DNA from: Bdellovibrionales bacterium
GTDB lineage: Bacteria > Bdellovibrionota > UBA1018 > JADZFF01
Length of the DNA: 32,000 bases
NCBI GenBank assembly: GCA_020850015.1
Contig: JADZFF010000033.1
Location: 1 to 32,000 of the forward strand
Reading direction: 5' to 3'
Under the pieces are notes generated by a model, which searched no databases, was not told the origin of the DNA, and was given only the letters and a program-made list of their open reading frames with translations. Of this stretch, positions 24,953 through 32,000 are shown piece after piece (position 1 is the stretch's first letter; each line of letters opens with the position of its first letter). The position numbers and the translations under genes were made by a program.

Positions 24953-26944
24953 GTGAAGCACCGTCGGGCATTTTTTTGGACCGCGTTCGCCGCAGCTTTC
25001 ATCGGCTCCGTTCATTCGCAAGAGGCGTTGGCACGCGCCGGCGCCCGGCTTCGGCCCCATGCCTCCGCGCCCGCAGTGGAGCGCTGGATCTCGGGCCCCT
25101 TTCTGCTGCGCCTTCCCGCGCAACTTCGCCGGGCCGTCCAGAACGTGAAGGTCCAGGTGGGCGACTTCCGCGAGAGCGGAAACCCGCGCTGCGCGCGATG
25201 GGAGGAAGGCGGTCGGACCCTCCAGGTGAACGCGGCCTGCGCGGGTGCCGAGGACTTGAGTTGGTTCGCCAGTGCGGCCGGCGCGGAAGGGCAGCCCGCG
25301 CCCACGCGGCTCCAGGGCAGACTGGTGCAGGCCGCCGTGGAGGCCTGGGGGCGCACCGCCCCCCGATTCCGCGATCGGGCGGCGCGTCGGGAGGTCTCCG
25401 ATCAGGATTTCTTCCAGTCCCCCATCACCTTGGGCGTGAACATCGATCAGCATCCGGACGCTGTGTTTCTCGATTTCTGGTACCGCGCCACCTGGGCGGT
25501 GCTCACCGACCCGCAGGTCCATCTGAAGCATCCGGGCCTGACGCGATATCTGATGAACGGTTTCCTGGAGTGGGGCGAGCTTCGCCAGGCCGAGCGCGTG
25601 GATCTCGATGCCCTCGCGGCGCAGGAGGCGGCTGAGTCCGGCACCCGGGGCCGCGTGCGCCACCTTGTCGATCCGGCCGAGGCCCTTTACGCCCGTATGG
25701 ACCTCATCCGCCAGGCCCGCAAGACGATCCACACCGGGTACTTCACCGTCTGGAACAACGACGTCTTCGGCCGCCAGTTCCTGGGGCTCCTTCTCCAGAA
25801 AGCCCGCGCGGGCGTGAAGGTGAAGCTCATCGTCGACGGGCGCGGGTTCCTTCATACCCGCAACGACTGGCTCCAGGAGCTCGTGGAAGCCGGCGCCGAG
25901 GTGAAGGTGTGGAACCCGGTGCTCAACTCGCGCCTCTCCATCCTGGGCTCGCTCGTGGCCTATCACGACAAGATCCTGCTCGTGGACGGCAAGTCCTTCA
26001 TCACCGGCGGCCGCAACATCGGCGATCGCTACTTCCTCCGCCAAGGCGAGAAGGACGGGCGCGTGTTCTGGGACACGGACGTGGCCGTGGAATTCGATCG
26101 TATGCCGATCGCGCTTCTCCAAGCCTTCAACTCGGAGTTCTACGCCGGGGTGGCGAAATCCGTTCCGAAGGAGATGTTCGGCAACTGGCGCTCGCGCGAG
26201 CCCGAGATGATGCGTGCCATCCGCGCGCTCGACGACCGCGTGGCGAACGAGACGCTTTCGCCCGAGACCCTGCGCTGGCACCCCGAGGTGGACCGCATGA
26301 AGAGCCTGGTGGGCAAGCCCGCCTATACGCTCTGGACCTCGGATGAGCAGGTGCCCGTGCGCGTGCTCGATAACTTCACCCGATTCGGCGCTCAGAAGCA
26401 GCTCTCGAACGAGCTCTTCCGGATGATGGACGAGGCCGAGAGCGAGATCCTGATCCAGAACCCCTACCTGGTGCTCACGCCCGAATGCGGCGACCGCCTG
26501 GAGGCCGCGGCCCGCCGGGGCGTGAAGGTGCGCTTCAGCGTGACCTCGCCCACAAGCACGGACAGCTTTCTCACCCAGAGCGTGCTGACCTTCGAGTGGC
26601 AGAAGATCGCGGCGAAGGTGCCGGGTTCGGAGATCCACGCCGCGCTGGGGCCCGAGCAGCTCCACGCGAAGATCTTCGTGTTCGACCGCAAGGTGGCGGT
26701 GGTGGGCAGCTACAACATGGACGCCATGTCGCAGGACCGCAACTCGGAGATCGCGCTCGAGGTGAATTCGCCCGCCTACGCAGGCGAGGTGGCCGCCGAG
26801 ATCGACCGCTTCATCCGCGAGCAGAGCGTGCATTTTGATCCCGTCACGGGCAAGGGGCCCGAGCAGATCCCGAACAGCGACGAGGAGATCGAGCGCCTGG
26901 AGTTCTACTACTCCATCGCGCGTTGGGTGCGTCCGCTGCTATGA
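24953..26944 (+). CDS. exported phospholipase D / cardiolipin-synthase-like protein with two HKD motifs (PLD-4)
   Basis: GTG start is preceded by aagggg. The signal-like N-terminus is MKHRRAFFWTAFAAAFIGSVHSQEA. HKD1 is HDKILLVDGKSFITGGRN and HKD2 is HAKIFVFDRKVAVVGSYN. Confidence 0.85.
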   Translation: MKHRRAFFWTAFAAAFIGSVHSQEALARAGARLRPHASAPAVERWISGPFLLRLPAQLRRAVQNVKVQVGDFRESGNPRCARWEEGGRTLQVNAACAGAEDLSWFASAAGAEGQPAPTRLQGRLVQAAVEAWGRTAPRFRDRAARREVSDQDFFQSPITLGVNIDQHPDAVFLDFWYRATWAVLTDPQVHLKHPGLTRYLMNGFLEWGELRQAERVDLDALAAQEAAESGTRGRVRHLVDPAEALYARMDLIRQARKTIHTGYFTVWNNDVFGRQFLGLLLQKARAGVKVKLIVDGRGFLHTRNDWLQELVEAGAEVKVWNPVLNSRLSILGSLVAYHDKILLVDGKSFITGGRNIGDRYFLRQGEKDGRVFWDTDVAVEFDRMPIALLQAFNSEFYAGVAKSVPKEMFGNWRSREPEMMRAIRALDDRVANETLSPETLRWHPEVDRMKSLVGKPAYTLWTSDEQVPVRVLDNFTRFGAQKQLSNELFRMMDEAESEILIQNPYLVLTPECGDRLEAAARRGVKVRFSVTSPTSTDSFLTQSVLTFEWQKIAAKVPGSEIHAALGPEQLHAKIFVFDRKVAVVGSYNMDAMSQDRNSEIALEVNSPAYAGEVAAEIDRFIREQSVHFDPVTGKGPEQIPNSDEEIERLEFYYSIARWVRPLL

Positions 26945-26951
26945 TGGCGAG

Positions 26952-27773
26952 GTGAACCCCGCCTCCGCTCCCATCGGCGTTTTCGACTCCGGCCTCGGCG
27001 GCCTGACAGTGCTCAAGGCGCTCCTCGACCGTCTTCCGGACGAGCGCTTCGTCTACGTGGGCGACACCGCGCGTCTGCCCTACGGCACGAAGTCGCGCTC
27101 CACGATCCGGCGCTACCTCCAGCAGAACGTGGAGTTCCTGCTCAAGAGAGGGGTGAAGGCGATCGTGGTCGCCTGCAATTCAGCGTCCTCCGCCCTGGAG
27201 CCGGGCGACTCCTGGAGCGTGCCCCTCTACGAGGTCATCGGCCCAGGCTCGCGATCCGCGCTCGCGGTCACGAAGAACCGGAGGGTAGCGGTGCTCGCCA
27301 CGCGCGCGACGGTGGCGGGTGGAGCGTACCCAAGCAAGCTGCAGGAGCTGTCTCCGGGCCTGACGGTATTCCAGGAGGCCTGCCCGCTGCTCGTGCCCAT
27401 CGTGGAAGAGGGCATGGAGGCTGATCCTCTTGCGCGCGAGCTCGTGAGGCGCCACTCCAGCGTGGTCGTGGACCAGGCCGCCGACACGGTGATCCTGGGC
27501 TGCACGCATTACCCAGTGCTCGGGGAGGTTTTCCGCCGCATGCTCGGCGACGCCGTGACGATCGTGGATTCCTCTCGGACGCTCGCGGATGAGCTACAGG
27601 GCGATTTGCGCTCGGGTCGGGTCGCAGCGGCCGCGGACGGCCGGGTTGGGGCGGGCGCGAGCCCCCGGGTGGAGCTGCTGGTCACGGACCTCGGCCCCAG
27701 GGCGGACGAACTTGCCGCTCGTTTTTTGGCGCCCCACGGCGCCGAGCCTGCCCGCCTCGTGGACTTGGGCTAG
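26952..27773 (+). CDS. murI: glutamate racemase
   Basis: Family motifs IGVFDSGLGGLTV, VVACNSASS and ILGCTHYP are present. GTG 26952 gives a typical N-terminus. The only upstream in-frame start (TTG 26835) would overlap PLD-4 by 110 nt. Confidence 0.9.
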   Translation: MNPASAPIGVFDSGLGGLTVLKALLDRLPDERFVYVGDTARLPYGTKSRSTIRRYLQQNVEFLLKRGVKAIVVACNSASSALEPGDSWSVPLYEVIGPGSRSALAVTKNRRVAVLATRATVAGGAYPSKLQELSPGLTVFQEACPLLVPIVEEGMEADPLARELVRRHSSVVVDQAADTVILGCTHYPVLGEVFRRMLGDAVTIVDSSRTLADELQGDLRSGRVAAAADGRVGAGASPRVELLVTDLGPRADELAARFLAPHGAEPARLVDLG

Positions 27774-27795
27774 ACCCGGCCCTATTCTAAAAGGG

Positions 27796-28359
27796 ATGCT
27801 GCAAGGCTGTGTTTTCTTACGCCTGCTCGCGGCCCTGGCGGTGGCGTTCGCTTGCGTGGCGCCCGCGGGTCCGGCCCTCGCCGCCGCGGGCAAGGGTTTC
27901 CTGGGGGTGCAGGGCGGGATCGCCATGCCCACCAATGCCAGCGCGGTCTTCGCCTTCGGTTTGAACGGCCTTTGGCAGAGATCGCCACGCTACGGCATCG
28001 GGGCCTTCCTGCTCATGTACGGCGCGCGCCTGGAAAGCAGCACCGAGGCGGGGCAGGTGATCTCGGATTACTCGGTGTCCCTCTGGGGCGTCGAGGCGAA
28101 CTACTTTTTCGGGGGTGGGCTGCGCGGCGGCGCGAGGCTCGGAATCATGAACTCTTCTGGCGACTACAGCGCGAGCGACGCTTCCTCGGAGATCAACATC
28201 GCGGAGAACCAGGATCCGCTGTTCCTCATGCCGCTCGTGGCCTACGACTACCGCTTCGGGAAGGTCTCGATCGGCGGCGAGATGGGCTACTTCCTGGGCA
28301 TGGGCTCGGGCGCGCCGTCCGGGTTCCTCTTCATGATCGCGCCGAAGTTCTGGTTCTGA
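27796..28359 (+). CDS. small outer-membrane beta-barrel protein (OmpX/OmpA-TM-like, roughly 8 strands)
   Basis: The signal-like N-terminus is MLQGCVFLRLLAALAVAFACVAPAGPALAAA. The sequence then begins GFLGVQGGIAMP and shows alternating strand patterns. It ends APKFWF, with a terminal Phe as in OMP beta-signals. It starts 22 nt after murI. Confidence 0.7.
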   Translation: MLQGCVFLRLLAALAVAFACVAPAGPALAAAGKGFLGVQGGIAMPTNASAVFAFGLNGLWQRSPRYGIGAFLLMYGARLESSTEAGQVISDYSVSLWGVEANYFFGGGLRGGARLGIMNSSGDYSASDASSEINIAENQDPLFLMPLVAYDYRFGKVSIGGEMGYFLGMGSGAPSGFLFMIAPKFWF

Positions 28360-28364
28360 GGGCG

Positions 28365-28565
28365 GGAGTCCTGGCGCTCTTGCTACCGGCTTCATCTCCC
28401 TAATCTCGCTTGGGGTCAGGCGGAACAGGCCTCCTGCCTTCGACGCGTCCCCTCGCCTGGGGGCTCGGGGCTCGCCGCGCCTTCGCGCGGCGGCCTTCCT
28501 GGCCGCAGTGTCCGCTGACCCCAAGCGAGATCAGGGAGCGCCGGCAGCAAGAGCGCCAGGACTCC
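28365..28565. repeat. roughly 200-nt long-stem imperfect inverted repeat (candidate structured RNA, MITE or bidirectional terminator)
   Basis: Arms 28365-28424 (60 nt) and 28511-28565 (55 nt) pair at 52 positions, with a 20-bp perfect basal stem ggagtcctggcgctcttgct. The pairing has two mismatches and two bulges. The 86-nt centre contains a perfect 8-bp hairpin, cgccgcgc-cttc-gcgcggcg (28473-28492). Confidence 0.8.
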
Positions 28566-28663
28566 AGCCGGCACCGAGAATTTCTCCCGGCTCTCGAGAC
28601 CTCAGTGCGACGACCGTCCCACCTTACCCTTCATCCCTCCGGGAGACAGATCCCGAGTCGCGC

Positions 28664-31519
28664 TCAGAGCCCGGTCACGGGCGCGAGCCATACGCCGCCC
28701 TGGCCGGCGCCGGCGTGGGTGAAGCTCAGGGCGCCGTCGTCCCAGTGGTCGTCGGCGGCGAGCCACTCGGCGGCGTGCGCGCGGAGGCTTCCCACGGGCC
28801 GAGGATCGAAGGCGAAAGGCGTGCGCGACCGGTAGAGCACGGTGAGATCCCAGCTCTCGGGGTAGCTCGTCACGCTGAGATAGTAGAATCCGTTGCGGCG
28901 GAACACGAAGGGCGACTCCGTGTGCCCGGAGTTGAACATCTGGGGGTGGTCGTTCAGCGTGAGCGCCATGCGGGGCTCGGACCAGCTCAGGCCGTCGCGC
29001 GACACACGCACGGCCACTCCGCTTCGGCGTCCGCTCACGGAGTCGCAGCGCGTGTAGTACATGGCCAGAACGTCGCCGAGTGGCAAGATCATCGGGTCGC
29101 GGGCCACGCAGAGGTCTTCGAAGAGAGGTGCCTCGGGCGCGCGCTCCCAGACCACCCCCCAGCCGGGGCCCTCGACGGGGCGGGAGACGGCGCGCTGCAT
29201 GCGCGCGCGGTCGTTTCCGGCCGGGTGCCCACCGTGGAAGAACATCTCCATCAGGCCGCCGCGCAGGATCACGTGCGGCGCCCAGAGATTCGTTTCGCCG
29301 TTCGCGGCGTCAGCGGAGAGCGCGATGCCGTTGGCATGAGTGGAGAGCCGGAAGGCGCCCGCGTTCCAGTTCGTCGGGTCGGCCGGGAGCTCGTCGGCCG
29401 CTGCGTGCACGAACTCCTTTTCGTCATAGGGCGTGAAGGGTTCCGCGCGGAAGATGCCGTAGAGGTGCCAGCGGCCGTCGGGGTCGCGCACCAGGCTGTG
29501 GTCGTTCACGTAGGTGCGGTAGGGGCGCGCGCCATCGGTGGGGAAGATCAACCGTCGCGCACCCGCGACCGGCTCGGGCAGCCCGGTGCTCGTTGAGTAG
29601 TAGGCGGCCTCGTAGCGGCCTTCGGAGAAGGGCGCGGGGCTCGCCGTGGCGTCCACCTGAAGGCGGAGGGTTCCGCCCTGGCAGTCGTCGGCTCTGAGCG
29701 TAAGCCACACGGCGTCTTCGGCACGCCTGCGGTGCGGGTTGGCGTAGGCCTCATGAAATCGGCCGAGCTCACGCCCGTGCACGCCAACGCGGATCACCGC
29801 TTCCTGGCCGCCTTCGCGGGCGTCGTACTCGCGGGTGAGCAGGAGCCCGTCGGCCGAGCCGCGCCCATCGGCGGCCTGCGGGCAGCGAAACGCGATCTCG
29901 CGCGAGTCGCGGCGCATGCGCGCGCGGAAAGGGGCGGGCTGTAGCCCCGCCTCGGCGTCCCAGGCCGACACTCGCTCCAGCGTGTCGGCGGGCGCGAAGG
30001 TGGCGCGCTCCAGGAGTTTCACGCGGTCTTCAAAGGTGTAGCCGAGCGCGAGCGTGCGCAGCCTGAGCGGCGAGTACGCGCCGTCCGGGCCGGGTTCGAA
30101 GCCGAAACGCAGGCCCCGGCGGCTCACGATCGGGTCCATGACGTGGTGGCGATAGAGCGAGTGCTCGTAGCGCGCGCGCGCCCAGCCGTCTTCTGGATCG
30201 TTCACCACGAAGCGCGGTTGGCCCGCGAGCGGGTTGCCGTGGGCGCCTAGGAAGTACCAGCCGCCGTTGTAGTAGTCCTCCGTGCCGGTGCCGAGCTGTA
30301 CGGGGTAGCGCATGCCGTCCGTGCGGATCATCTCGTCGCCTTCGAGGTAGAGGCGGTCGCCGGGTTTTCCGTCGATGAGCTCCTGCACGAAGGAGAGCAG
30401 CTGTACGGGCTTTTCGGTCTCGGCGACCGGCAGGGTAGTGGCTTCGCCCGCGCCCTGCTGGTCGCGGTACTGCAGGAAGAGGCGCGCGCCCGTGTCGGGG
30501 AGCCGCTCCTCGCTGACCTGCGCTTCGAAGCGAAGCGCCGTCGGGAGGCCCTCGGTCGGCGTCGTGCGCGGAAGGTGCAGGAACACGAGCGCCTCGTCTC
30601 GCTGCAGGGGCAGAGGCGTGCGCGAATGCAAACGCGCCTCGGCCTCGTCGGCCGCGGTGAGGGCGCTCCGGTAGGTGGCCCAGCCGCGGTCGGCGCCGTG
30701 CCCTCCGCGGGTGCCGAGGCCGAAGAAGAACGAGGCCGGCACGGCTTTCGCCGCAAGGGTTTCGGCCGAGTCGCCCGAGCGCTCCACGGCCACCCAAAGT
30801 TCGGGCAGGCGCGAACCGCTTTCGAGATCCACCGAGAGGCGAGAGATCAGCGTCGGGCCCTGGGCCACGACGCGCGCCTCCTGAGCCGCGAGCGCGAGCG
30901 GGTAGCTCTGCGTTTCGGCGGTGGGCGTGGCTGCCACCCAGTCTTCCGCGAGGAAGCGCGTGAGCTCCTCGGCGGTGGGGCCGTGCGCGGCTCCGTCGCC
31001 TTCTCTGTAGGTGATCTGGAAGTAGTGGGGCGCGCCCTTGAAGAGCACCTTCGCCTCGCCCAAGTAGGGCACCGGGAGCTGGCTCAAGAACGCGCCCGAG
31101 CTCTCCTGCTGTCCCATCACGAGCGGCGAGCGCCAGCCCGCACGGCCTTCAAACAAGTCGAGCGGCTTGCCGCGGAACACGGTGATCCCGTCGGCGATGA
31201 TCCAAAGCTCCTGATAGTCGGTGGGCACCTGCGTCTCGGCGTTCGCCGTCATCCAGAGGCGAAGGATCCGGCCCTCGCCCTTGCCGTGGAACAGCACGCG
31301 GTAGCCGTCTTCCATCGCAAAGCCGCCGCTCTGGTTGTCGCCGTTGCCGCCGCGCGGATCGTGCGAGGTGATCGAGCGCGTGATCCAGCCGGGTTGAAAC
31401 TCCAGCGTCGTGCGGAGGATCGGGTCGAGCGCCTGGGCCTCCGAGGCGCCCAGAGTAGAAAGAAGGATGACGCAAAGCGCAACAAGCGGACGCCACACCA
31501 GGGAAATGCATGATGACAT
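28664..31519 (-). CDS. exported two-domain glycoside hydrolase-like protein: N-terminal DUF2961 (GH172-like) fused to a C-terminal 5-bladed beta-propeller GH43/GH32-clan-like domain
   Basis: ATG 31519 gives MSSCISLVWRPLVALCVILLSTLGASEAQA, a signal-like N-terminus. DUF2961-like stretches are GEGRILRLWMTA, YLEGDEMIRTDG, GTGTEDYYNGGWYF and YRHHVMDPI. The C-terminal part has VRDPDGRWHLYG, NLWAPHV, ARDPMIL and GHTESPFVFRRNGFYYL, typical of beta-propeller hydrolases. Domain calls are from memory of family signatures. Confidence 0.65.
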   Translation of the reverse strand: MSSCISLVWRPLVALCVILLSTLGASEAQALDPILRTTLEFQPGWITRSITSHDPRGGNGDNQSGGFAMEDGYRVLFHGKGEGRILRLWMTANAETQVPTDYQELWIIADGITVFRGKPLDLFEGRAGWRSPLVMGQQESSGAFLSQLPVPYLGEAKVLFKGAPHYFQITYREGDGAAHGPTAEELTRFLAEDWVAATPTAETQSYPLALAAQEARVVAQGPTLISRLSVDLESGSRLPELWVAVERSGDSAETLAAKAVPASFFFGLGTRGGHGADRGWATYRSALTAADEAEARLHSRTPLPLQRDEALVFLHLPRTTPTEGLPTALRFEAQVSEERLPDTGARLFLQYRDQQGAGEATTLPVAETEKPVQLLSFVQELIDGKPGDRLYLEGDEMIRTDGMRYPVQLGTGTEDYYNGGWYFLGAHGNPLAGQPRFVVNDPEDGWARARYEHSLYRHHVMDPIVSRRGLRFGFEPGPDGAYSPLRLRTLALGYTFEDRVKLLERATFAPADTLERVSAWDAEAGLQPAPFRARMRRDSREIAFRCPQAADGRGSADGLLLTREYDAREGGQEAVIRVGVHGRELGRFHEAYANPHRRRAEDAVWLTLRADDCQGGTLRLQVDATASPAPFSEGRYEAAYYSTSTGLPEPVAGARRLIFPTDGARPYRTYVNDHSLVRDPDGRWHLYGIFRAEPFTPYDEKEFVHAAADELPADPTNWNAGAFRLSTHANGIALSADAANGETNLWAPHVILRGGLMEMFFHGGHPAGNDRARMQRAVSRPVEGPGWGVVWERAPEAPLFEDLCVARDPMILPLGDVLAMYYTRCDSVSGRRSGVAVRVSRDGLSWSEPRMALTLNDHPQMFNSGHTESPFVFRRNGFYYLSVTSYPESWDLTVLYRSRTPFAFDPRPVGSLRAHAAEWLAADDHWDDGALSFTHAGAGQGGVWLAPVTGL

Positions 31520-31671
31520 GCCTCGGCTGTTAACCCAGGGACTCGAAGCTGAAAAGGCGCGCCGCCGGCGGGGCGTTACAATCTGTTTCAAATTGGCCTC
31601 AGATCCCCCCGTTTGACCTCGTTTTGAAACAATCTGTAACTCCCCTGGCGGTGATGTGATAGCCGCGGGCC

Positions 31672-32000
31672 ATGGGGATCCGGTGGCGAGCCTGGGTGGG
31701 AATCGTAGTGGCGGCGCTACTGGCCGCGGTGTCGACGCTGGGGGCGGAAGCGGCCCTCCCGCGCCTGCCGCTACCGCTCGTGAGGCAGGCCAATACCTGG
31801 AGCTGCGGTGCCGCAGCACTCATGAGCGTACTGATGTACTTCGTGAAGTTCGACGGCCCCGAGACCCGCCTTTATCCGGCGCTCGGCACGAACCCGGATG
31901 AGGGCACGCATCCGCTGAAGATCGTGGAGGGCGCTCGCCGCTACGGCTTGAGCGCCCAGCTTCGCCAAGGGCTGACGCTTGAAGACCTCGAGGCCGCCCT
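31672..32000 (+). CDS. exported C39-like (papain-fold) cysteine peptidase domain protein, 5' partial (runs off window)
   Basis: The open frame runs from ATG 31672 to the window end and is not in the ORF track because it has no stop. It reads MGIRWRAWVGIVVAALLAAVSTLGAEA..VRQANTWSCGAAALMSVLMYF, with Q..CG resembling the C39/C39-like catalytic region. Confidence 0.5.
   Translation, partial: MGIRWRAWVGIVVAALLAAVSTLGAEAALPRLPLPLVRQANTWSCGAAALMSVLMYFVKFDGPETRLYPALGTNPDEGTHPLKIVEGARRYGLSAQLRQGLTLEDLEAA

Noticed and set aside
24908-26833. 641-aa ORF on the minus strand opposite PLD-4
   Set aside because: It is antisense to a frame with two perfect HKD motifs, and its composition is typical of a GC-rich shadow ORF.
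26835-26951. TTG start at 26835 for murI
   Set aside because: It would overlap PLD-4 by 110 nt and add an Arg/Ser-rich leader. GTG 26952 yields the canonical MurI N-terminus just before IGVFDSGLGG.
28508-31513. ORFs 28508-29596 (+) and 30575-31513 (+) opposite the glycoside hydrolase gene
   Set aside because: They are low-complexity Arg/Gly/Ala-rich translations. The minus-strand frame carries DUF2961-like and propeller-like motifs throughout.

Overview
GC-rich chromosomal segment (about two-thirds G+C by eye, not computed) from a diderm bacterium. I call 27 CDS. No rRNA, tRNA, CRISPR array, transposase or integrase was seen. Housekeeping anchors are mnmA, murI, a cyclophilin PPIase, a ZIP metal transporter and a fatty-acid hydroxylase/sterol-desaturase-type enzyme. 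Most other genes encode proteins with N-terminal signal-peptide-like segments. The main feature is four divergent, exported, dual-HKD phospholipase-D-superfamily paralogues within about 24 kb (3134-4969, 6077-7975, 17864-20476, 24953-26944). Each lies within two genes of a gene for a beta-barrel/outer-membrane-type protein. One of the four is tightly linked to a 500-aa orphan secreted protein. Two are tandem paralogues flanking a polytopic membrane protein. Other exported products include a UshA-like 5'-nucleotidase, a Cys-rich HExxH protein with a small coupled partner, a DUF2961(GH172)-plus-beta-propeller glycoside hydrolase fusion, and a C39-like peptidase cut by the window end. Two intergenic elements are not explained by the genes. 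The first is a 42-bp near-perfect inverted repeat bracketing 153 bp (24083-24319), next to an orphan MqsA-like zinc-finger/HTH gene. The second is a roughly 200-nt long-stem imperfect hairpin (28365-28565). Lineage is uncertain. The dense exported-hydrolase content would fit a predatory or saprophytic GC-rich proteobacterium-like organism, but that is inference only. All functional calls rest on motifs read by eye from the supplied translations, and no database search was run.
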